A stretch of DNA of 12,128 bases from Candidatus Micrarchaeia archaeon. GTDB taxonomy: Archaea > Micrarchaeota > Micrarchaeia > Burarchaeales > JACRGF01. Below, piece after piece: positions 5,968 through 12,128 of this stretch (position 1 is the first letter of the stretch; every line of letters begins with the position of its first letter). The translations under genes and the position numbers were made by a program. The notes under the pieces are model-generated. The model saw nothing but the letters and a program-made list of their open reading frames with translations. It searched no databases and was not told the origin of the DNA. The stretch lies in NCBI GenBank assembly GCA_038870455.1, contig JAWCPB010000031.1:1-12128 (forward strand), read 5' to 3'.

Positions 5968-8684
5968 TGGGTGAGGCGCGCGCGCTTGCCGCGGCGTGGT
6001 CGGCCAGAATTCCGGAGGTGCTGCGCGCGCTGGGCTCGAGCGAGGCAGGGCTGCCGCCGGAAGAGGCCGCCGGGCGGCTCGAGAAATTCGGGTTCAATGA
6101 GCTGAGGGAGGAGAAGCGGAGGAGCGTCCTCGCCATCTTCCTCTCGCAGTTCGCCTCCTTCATGATTCTGCTGCTCATCGCGGCGACGCTCATAGCGGCC
6201 GCGTTCGGGGAGTGGATTGACGCGGCCGCCATCGCCGCGATTCTGGTCCTCAATGCTGTTCTCGGCACTGTGCAGGAGCATCGGGCTGAAAAGGCGCTTG
6301 AGGCTTTGAAGCGCATGGCCGCGCCCACCGCGCTCGTGGTGAGGGGCGGGGTTGAGGAGGTAATCCCAGCGCGGGAGGTCGTGCCGGGGGACATCGTGGT
6401 GATGGAGGCCGGCGCGCTCGTTCCGGCCGACTGCAGGCTGCTCGAAACCGCGATGATGAAAGTCAATGAGGCTTCGCTGACGGGCGAGTCGCTGCCGGTG
6501 CACAAGGACGCGGGCGCGCTGCTGGCCGCAGACACGCTGCTCACGGGCAGGCGCAACATGGCCTTCGCCGGCACCGTGGTGGCGAACGGGCGGGGAACGG
6601 GAGTCGTGGTGGCGACCGGGATGAGGACGGAATTCGGCAAGATCGCGGCGGCCGTGCAGACCGTGACGGAGGAGGAGACGCCGCTCAGGCGCACGCTCGA
6701 GCGGCTCGGCAGGCAGCTCACGCTCACAGTGGTCGCGGCAGCGGCGGTCATTTTCGCGCTCGGCAGCGCGCGCGGAACGCCAGCGCTTGAGATGTTCCTG
6801 ACGAGCGTCTCGCTGGCTGTCGCGGCAATTCCCGAGGGGCTTCCGGCGACCATCACCATCGCGCTGGCGGTCGGCGTGCAGAGGATGGCGCGGCGGAACG
6901 CCATCGTGCGCAAGCTGCTCGCCGTGGAGACGCTCGGCAGCGCGAGCGTGATATGCGTGGACAAGACAGGGACGATTACGAAGAACGAGATGACCGCGCG
7001 CCAGGTATGGCTGCCCGGCCGATGGATTGAGGTGAGCGGCGCGGGCTACGAGACCAAGGGAGAGTTTCGAGCGGGCGGGCGCAGGACGCTCCCGGAAGTC
7101 GAGCCTGGGCTTCCCGAGCTGCTGCGCGTGGCCGCGCTGTGCAACAACGCCTCGCTTGTGCTGGACGCGAAGAGCGGCGCGCGCAGGGCTATCGGCGACC
7201 CGACAGAGGCGGCGCTGCTCGTGCTCGCGGAAAAAGCGGGGCTGGGAAGGGAGGTGCTCAAGCAGGGCGCCAGATTCGTGCAGGAGTTTCCATTCGACTC
7301 GGACAGAAAGCGCATGACCGTGGTGTACCAGATTGGCGGGGAGACGTTGGCGCTCACGAAAGGCGCGCCCGAGGTCGTGCTGGCGAGATGCAGCCGCGTG
7401 CTCTCCGGAGGCAGGGTCAGGGCGATGTCCCCCGCCGACCGCCGCGCCGTAATCGCCGCGAACAAGGCGATGGCCTCGAAGGCGTTGCGCGTGCTGGCTT
7501 TCGCCCAGAGGAGAATACGCGACGGGCGCAAGCACGAGATGGCCGAGGTCGAGAGAGGGCTGACGTTCATCGGGCTTGTGGGGCTCATCGACGCGCCCCG
7601 CGATGAGGTGCGCCCGGCGCTCGCGCTGTGCGCGCAGGCGGGCATCGAGGTGGTGATGATAACGGGCGACAGCGAGGTGACGGCGCGCGCGGTCGCGGCC
7701 GAGGTCGGCATGCTGCGGCGAGGCGATGTTGTGGTGAGCGGCAGCGAGCTCGATGCCATGTCCGACGCGGAGCTGAGTAAGAGGGTGGAGCGCATCCGCG
7801 TGTACGCGAGGATTTCGCCGGAACACAAGCTGCGCATCGTTGAGGCGTGGAAGGCGAGGGGCCGCGTGGTGGCGGTGACTGGCGACGGGGTGAACGATGC
7901 GCCCGCGCTCAAGCGGGCGGACATCGGCGTGGCGATGGGGGTGACCGGGACCGACGTGGCCAAGGAAGTGAGCGACATGGTGCTGAGTGACGACAACTTC
8001 GCGAGCATCGTGAACGCTGTCGAGGAGGGAAGGGGCATCTACAACAACATCCGCAAGTGCATCGCCTACCTGCTGTCCGGAAACGTGGCCGAGGTGGCCA
8101 TCGTGTTTGGGGCTGTGATGCTCGGCCTTCCGCTTCCCCTCGCCGCGGTGCAGATACTGTGGATAAACCTCGTCACCGATGGCCTTCCGGCCATAGCGCT
8201 TTCGGTGGACCCGATTTCAAGGGAAGTCATGGCGGTTCCCCCGCGCGAGAAGGAGAGGAGCATCTGGCACGGGATGAGGCCCTTCATCGTGGACGCGGCC
8301 GCCATCCTCACGGTGTTCGCCATAGCGCTCTTTGCAAGCTATAATCCGGCGGCCGGCGAGGCCGAGCTGGCAAAGGCGCAGACCATGATCTTCACGCTCA
8401 TAGTCGTTTTCGAAAAGTTCCTGGCCTTCAGCTCTCGCTCGCTCGCCAGGCCGGTCGGCCTGGCCGGGCTTGCCGCCAACAAGTGGCTGATCGCATCGAC
8501 CGTCCTCGCGCTCGCCATTCACGCCGTCATACTCTACAACCCGCTGTTGAACGATGTCTTTAACGTCGTGCCGCTGAGCGCGTGGGAGTGGGCCATTGTG
8601 CTCGCGGTCGGGGCCGCCGGCTTCGCATATCTCGAGGCGCTCAAATGGTGGGCGAGCAGGAGGGAGGCGCATGGTTCCGTTTGA
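5967..8684 (+). CDS. Cation-transporting P-type ATPase, P2A/SERCA-like Ca2+-ATPase (905 aa)
   Basis: TGES, AAIPEGL, DKTGTIT, KGAPE, MITGD, TGDGVNDAPAL; TM5 SGNVAEV, TM6 WINLVTDG, TM8 VVFEK. ATG overlaps the upstream TGA (TGATG). Confidence 0.97.
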   Translation: MGEARALAAAWSARIPEVLRALGSSEAGLPPEEAAGRLEKFGFNELREEKRRSVLAIFLSQFASFMILLLIAATLIAAAFGEWIDAAAIAAILVLNAVLGTVQEHRAEKALEALKRMAAPTALVVRGGVEEVIPAREVVPGDIVVMEAGALVPADCRLLETAMMKVNEASLTGESLPVHKDAGALLAADTLLTGRRNMAFAGTVVANGRGTGVVVATGMRTEFGKIAAAVQTVTEEETPLRRTLERLGRQLTLTVVAAAAVIFALGSARGTPALEMFLTSVSLAVAAIPEGLPATITIALAVGVQRMARRNAIVRKLLAVETLGSASVICVDKTGTITKNEMTARQVWLPGRWIEVSGAGYETKGEFRAGGRRTLPEVEPGLPELLRVAALCNNASLVLDAKSGARRAIGDPTEAALLVLAEKAGLGREVLKQGARFVQEFPFDSDRKRMTVVYQIGGETLALTKGAPEVVLARCSRVLSGGRVRAMSPADRRAVIAANKAMASKALRVLAFAQRRIRDGRKHEMAEVERGLTFIGLVGLIDAPRDEVRPALALCAQAGIEVVMITGDSEVTARAVAAEVGMLRRGDVVVSGSELDAMSDAELSKRVERIRVYARISPEHKLRIVEAWKARGRVVAVTGDGVNDAPALKRADIGVAMGVTGTDVAKEVSDMVLSDDNFASIVNAVEEGRGIYNNIRKCIAYLLSGNVAEVAIVFGAVMLGLPLPLAAVQILWINLVTDGLPAIALSVDPISREVMAVPPREKERSIWHGMRPFIVDAAAILTVFAIALFASYNPAAGEAELAKAQTMIFTLIVVFEKFLAFSSRSLARPVGLAGLAANKWLIASTVLALAIHAVILYNPLLNDVFNVVPLSAWEWAIVLAVGAAGFAYLEALKWWASRREAHGSV

Positions 8685-10035
8685 GCACCACGCGCACATG
8701 GTGCATGGCTACGTGGAGAGGAGCGTCAAGCCTGTGGCCTCGCTGCTCCTGCTCGCGCTCATCACGCTCCTTTTCCTCTCCATACTCAGGGCGTCTTTCT
8801 TCACAGAAGTCGACGAGCACAAGCGCGTGTGGTTCGAGGTTTCTTTCCTGCTGCTCAGCGCAGTGCTCGCCAACCTGCTCGTGGCCTACCTGAGACAGCC
8901 TTTCGTGATGACGCTGCTCGTGGTCGGAATGCTCATCTCGCCATCGTTCGTGGCGCTGGCCTGGCCTGCTCTCGCAAAGTTCGCCAGCTCCCTCCTGCCA
9001 CAGCTCGCCAAGCAGATTCCGCTCACCCCCCCGCACGTGGTGAGCGCGAGCGAGGTTGTGAGCGCGTTCGCCCAGCTCGGCGCCCTGCTCCTGCTGTTCA
9101 AGATCGGCATGCACAGCGAGGTTGGGAGGATTTTTTCCGCGAGGAATTTCGTCGTGGCGCTGCTTGGGGTCGCGCTGCCTTTCGCGGCAGGCTACTGGCT
9201 GGGCCTGAGCTGGGGCTATCCGCCCACTGTGGCGCTGTTCTTCGGCGCGGCGCTCACCGCAACGAGCATCGGCGTGAGCGTGGCCATTCTTGAGGAGTAC
9301 CGCGTGCTCGACACCGAGTTCGCGCGCACGTTGCTGGGCGCGGCGGTCATTGACGACGTGCTCGGCCTGCTTGCGCTGTCGCTCGTCATAAACCTCTCCA
9401 CCTCAACGACTTTCACGCTCGCACCGCTGCTGAACGTGGCCGCGCTGGCGGGCGTCTTCCTCGCGGGCGGCATAATCTTCGGGAATTTTGCGGTGAAAAA
9501 CTATTTCGACAGGATTTACACGCAAGCGCTGTCGCCGGCTGTTTTCCTCAGCGCGCTCGCGCTCCTGCTGTTCTACGCGTATGTCGCAGAGATGATCGGC
9601 CTGTCCGGCATCGTGGGCGCGTTCCTAGCCGGCCTCACGCTGAACTACAGCAGGATGAAGGAAAAGCTTCTGGAGGGGCTGGCGCCTCTCGAGGGGCTTT
9701 TCACGCCCATTTTCTTCATCTCGCTGGGAATACTCGTGGATGTGGGCGCGCTCGCCTCGCACGCGCCCCCAATCATGCTGCTTACTCTCGTCGCCGTCCT
9801 CACCAAGCTGGTCGGGTGTGGGGTGGCGGGCCTTGTCGCTGGGCTGGGCAGGCTCGAGTCGGCTCTTGTGGGCGTCGGTATGGCCCCGAGGGGCGAGGTC
9901 GCGTTCATCATCGGCCTGTACGGCCTCACCCTCAAGGCACTGTCGCCCGCCGAGTACAGCATCATCACCGCCGTGGCGTTCCTGACAACGGCCATAACCC
10001 CGCCTGCGCTCGCCCTCCTGCTGAAGAGAAGATGA
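8671..10035 (+). CDS. CPA2 family cation:proton antiporter, NapA-like (454 aa)
   Basis: ATG 8671 with GGAGG upstream, overlapping the ATPase end by 14 nt. Motifs LLLFKIG, ALTATSIGVS, GAAVIDD, IVGAFLAG, PIFFISLG, TKLVG, GMAPRGEVA. No C-terminal RCK/KTN domain. Confidence 0.95.
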   Translation: MVPFEHHAHMVHGYVERSVKPVASLLLLALITLLFLSILRASFFTEVDEHKRVWFEVSFLLLSAVLANLLVAYLRQPFVMTLLVVGMLISPSFVALAWPALAKFASSLLPQLAKQIPLTPPHVVSASEVVSAFAQLGALLLLFKIGMHSEVGRIFSARNFVVALLGVALPFAAGYWLGLSWGYPPTVALFFGAALTATSIGVSVAILEEYRVLDTEFARTLLGAAVIDDVLGLLALSLVINLSTSTTFTLAPLLNVAALAGVFLAGGIIFGNFAVKNYFDRIYTQALSPAVFLSALALLLFYAYVAEMIGLSGIVGAFLAGLTLNYSRMKEKLLEGLAPLEGLFTPIFFISLGILVDVGALASHAPPIMLLTLVAVLTKLVGCGVAGLVAGLGRLESALVGVGMAPRGEVAFIIGLYGLTLKALSPAEYSIITAVAFLTTAITPPALALLLKRR

Positions 10036-10749
10036 TCAGCCGCCGGCCAGCTCGGCTTCCACGGCCGCCTTGAGGATGAAGTACGGGTAGGCCGCGTCGA
10101 AGAACCTTTCGTTTATGAAAATTGTGGGGGTCGAGTTTATGCCGAGCGCGATGCCCTCCATCACGTCCTTCTCTATGACAGAACGCATTCTCCCAGAGGC
10201 CAGGCACGCGGAGAAATTGCCCGCGTCAAGGCCGATGCGGCCGGCCAGCGCGACCAGGCCGCCTTCGTTAAGGGGGTACTCGGCCATGATCGCATCGTGG
10301 TAGTTCCAGAAGGCGCCCTGCTCTCGCGCGCACTCGCTCGCCTCGGCCGCGAGGCACGAGCCGGCGTGAACCTGCTGGGTGAGCAGGGGATTGCACGCGG
10401 TGTCGAGGGGAAAGTGCCTCCAGGTAAGGGACACCCTGTCGCCGTAGTCGCGCAGTAGCTCGCCCACCGCGCCCTCAACGTTCTTGGTCCAAGGGCAGTA
10501 GAAGTCGCCCCACTCGACGACCATGACGTCGGCGCCCGGGTTTCCGCGGGTGTTCGCCTTCGGCGCGAGGGGGGGCATGGGTTGCGCGGGAGGCTGCACT
10601 CTCCACGGGACCGGCACGGCCTCCTCTTTTTTGTGGAATGCGTTCCATGCGAGCAGTCCCAGCAGCAAAAGCATTGAGAGCAGGAGCGCAGCGAGCACTG
10701 GTTTTACGGGAAACCGGCTGGCTGGTGAGGAGGGCGGACGCGGCTGCAT
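10036..10749 (-). CDS. Membrane-anchored DsbA-family protein with atypical CPWT (CxxT) active site (237 aa)
   Basis: ATG 10749 lies 10 nt after the upstream paralogue's stop. N-terminal TM; RGNPGADVMVVEWGDFYCPWT, WRHFPL, AAEASECA, cis-Pro loop GINSTPTIFIN. Confidence 0.92.
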   Translation of the reverse strand: MQPRPPSSPASRFPVKPVLAALLLSMLLLLGLLAWNAFHKKEEAVPVPWRVQPPAQPMPPLAPKANTRGNPGADVMVVEWGDFYCPWTKNVEGAVGELLRDYGDRVSLTWRHFPLDTACNPLLTQQVHAGSCLAAEASECAREQGAFWNYHDAIMAEYPLNEGGLVALAGRIGLDAGNFSACLASGRMRSVIEKDVMEGIALGINSTPTIFINERFFDAAYPYFILKAAVEAELAGG

Positions 10750-10759
10750 GGCTTTCGGC

Positions 10760-11500
10760 TCAGCCTGTCCTGGCCTCTGCCTCGGCCTGCGCGACCGCAG
10801 CCTTGAAAGCCTCATAATCGCTCCATCTTCCCTCGTAGACATGCCCGTTTATGAAAAAGGTCGGGGTGCTCTGCACGTCAAGCGCGATGGCCTCGTCTAT
10901 GTCTGCGCGCACGAGCGGCGTCGTTCTGCCCGAGTCGAGGCACTCGCCGAACTCGGCGGCATCAAGCCCAAGCTCGGCGGCATGGCGCTTGAGGCTTGCG
11001 ACATCGAGCGCGTCCTGGCTGACCAGCAGGCGGTCGTGGTATTCAAAGAACCTGCCCTGCTCTGCGGCGCACTCGGCCGCCTCGGCGGCCTTGCACGCTT
11101 CGGGGTGGAGCTGGCTTCTCATCACCGGGTTGCAGGCTGAGTCGAGGGGAAAATGCTTCCAGACAAAGGCGAGCCTCCCGGGAAAATCCTCGAGCAGCTT
11201 CTTCACAAATGGGGCGGCGCGCGCACAGTAGGGGCACTGGAAGTCGCCGAACTCGACGAGCCACACGCTCGCATTCGGATTACCGCGCACCGGCTCCTGC
11301 GAGAGGTCGAGCACGACCGCGCCCACCTGCGCGCTCGCATTTTCTTTCGGCGCTGGCGGGGCAGGTGGGGCCTGAGCCTGCACCGATATCAGGTAATAGA
11401 CGATGGCGATGACAACGACTACCGCGAGGAGCGCGAGCGCCCAACGGTAGTCGTGGGAAGGCGCGGACGGAGCGGCCGGCTTCCTGGCTCTTCCTGCCAC
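10760..11500 (-). CDS. Membrane-anchored DsbA-family thiol-disulfide oxidoreductase, CPYC active site (about 246 aa; GTG 11500 preferred to TTG 11518)
   Basis: N-terminal TM WALALLAVVVVIAIVYYLI; RGNPNASVWLVEFGDFQCPYC, WKHFPL, AAEAAECA, VQSTPTFFING. Start chosen from the TATA spacing. Confidence 0.95.
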   Translation of the reverse strand: MAGRARKPAAPSAPSHDYRWALALLAVVVVIAIVYYLISVQAQAPPAPPAPKENASAQVGAVVLDLSQEPVRGNPNASVWLVEFGDFQCPYCARAAPFVKKLLEDFPGRLAFVWKHFPLDSACNPVMRSQLHPEACKAAEAAECAAEQGRFFEYHDRLLVSQDALDVASLKRHAAELGLDAAEFGECLDSGRTTPLVRADIDEAIALDVQSTPTFFINGHVYEGRWSDYEAFKAAVAQAEAEARTG

Positions 11501-11521
11501 GCGCTCTATTCTGCGCAAAGC

Positions 11522-11529
11522 TTAATTAA
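11522..11529. promoter_or_regulatory. Palindromic TATA-like box TTAATTAA, putative bidirectional promoter
   Basis: Only AT-rich element in the 53-bp divergent gap; 21 nt from GTG 11500 (-) and 24 nt from ATG 11554 (+). Confidence 0.6.
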
Positions 11530-11553
11530 TGCTAGCGGCGCAAGCTTGAGGCC

Positions 11554-12128
11554 ATGCTGAGGCAGGCCGCTGTTTTCATCGTTCTCGTTATGATGGCGGG
11601 GTGCGCAACGACTGCGACCAATCCAGCAAACGCGGCCAACGCCAGCGCAGGAGCGGCCGCACACACTGCGGCAAGCGTGATGAACACTGCGGCAAACACC
11701 ACGGGGGCAGCAAACGCCAACGCGAGCACAGCCGACAACGCGAACGGCGCTGGCGGTACGCCCGCAAACACAACAACAAATGCGACCACAGATTTCGCGC
11801 GCTCGAACGCAAGCACGACCCACGACACGAACGGCGCCAGCGGCACAGCCGCGCGCGCGAACGCGACTCAAACAAATGCGGCCGCAGGCACCGCGACGGC
11901 AACGGGTTCTTCAAACGGCTTCACGCCCGCGCTCGCCGCGTTCAACCCGAGCGTGAAGGAAGCAAACACCACTCAGAATGCAACAAATGCCTCTGCAGAG
12001 GAATTTTTCCCAAAGCCAAACCCGAACGCCTCGCTGGCAGCCTATTACTTCTGGAGCAGGGCATGCCCTTACTCGCTGGATACCAATCCATTCATCGATG
12101 AGTTGGAGCGGAACTGGTCGGCGCTCAG
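11554..12128 (+). CDS. Lipoprotein with Ala/Thr/Asn-rich stalk and start of a thioredoxin-like domain (CPYS); truncated by the window end
   Basis: Hand translation is open for 191 codons to the edge: MLRQAAVFIVLVMMAGC (lipobox-like), ATTATNPANAANASA...ANTTQNATNASAEEFFPKPNPNASL, then AAYYFWSRACPYSLDTNPFIDELERNWSAL. Absent from the ORF track because it has no stop in the window. Confidence 0.88.
   Translation, partial: MLRQAAVFIVLVMMAGCATTATNPANAANASAGAAAHTAASVMNTAANTTGAANANASTADNANGAGGTPANTTTNATTDFARSNASTTHDTNGASGTAARANATQTNAAAGTATATGSSNGFTPALAAFNPSVKEANTTQNATNASAEEFFPKPNPNASLAAYYFWSRACPYSLDTNPFIDELERNWSAL

Noticed and set aside
5739-7826. 695-aa minus-strand ORF and other long antisense ORFs (309-1250, 5813-6964, 7046-8038, 3643-4914, 2054-2722)
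   Set aside because: Shadow frames of well-supported GC-rich genes, with no motifs and biased R/H/S/A composition.
10486-10497. Selenocysteine or pseudogene explanation for the missing second Cys
   Set aside because: The codon is ACC (and TCG in the third gene), not TGA; the frame and other conserved motifs are intact.
10750-10842. Longer start (10842) for DsbA-2
   Set aside because: It overlaps the upstream paralogue by 83 nt; ATG 10749 follows its stop by 10 nt and gives a matching architecture.
11660-11990. Short direct repeats as a possible CRISPR array
   Set aside because: Only 9-12 bp, irregularly spaced and in-frame within low-complexity coding sequence; no cas genes in the window.
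11601-12101. 166-aa Arg/His-rich plus-strand ORF, and minus-strand ORFs within 11506-11914
   Set aside because: Alternative frames of the lipoprotein gene starting at 11554, which has a signal peptide, sequons and a thioredoxin-like motif.

Overview
GC-rich archaeal DNA. It has TATA-box promoters 21-24 nt upstream of apparently leaderless starts, GGTGA/GGAGG ribosome-binding sites and N-glycosylation-rich surface proteins; a DPANN/Micrarchaeota-like origin is an inference, not shown. Gene order: three stacked hairpins (1-123); pyruvate kinase (+); GNAT acetyltransferase (-); a minus-strand block of HEAT-repeat protein, small ORF, 67-aa lipoprotein and secreted helical glycoprotein; a 409-bp divergent control region with 10-bp-phased GAAC arrays; a plus-strand operon of membrane-anchored winged-helix regulator, SERCA-type P2A Ca2+-ATPase and CPA2 cation/H+ antiporter; two tandem membrane-anchored DsbA paralogues (-) with CPYC and CPWT active sites; and a divergent, truncated lipoprotein missing from the ORF track, with a glycosylated stalk and a CPYS thioredoxin-like motif. 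The best candidate for an undescribed system is a one-component transmembrane regulator with phased operator arrays, controlling an envelope/ion-homeostasis module next to a CxxC/CxxT/CxxS extracytoplasmic thiol-redox trio. No rRNA, tRNA, CRISPR array or mobile element was recognised.
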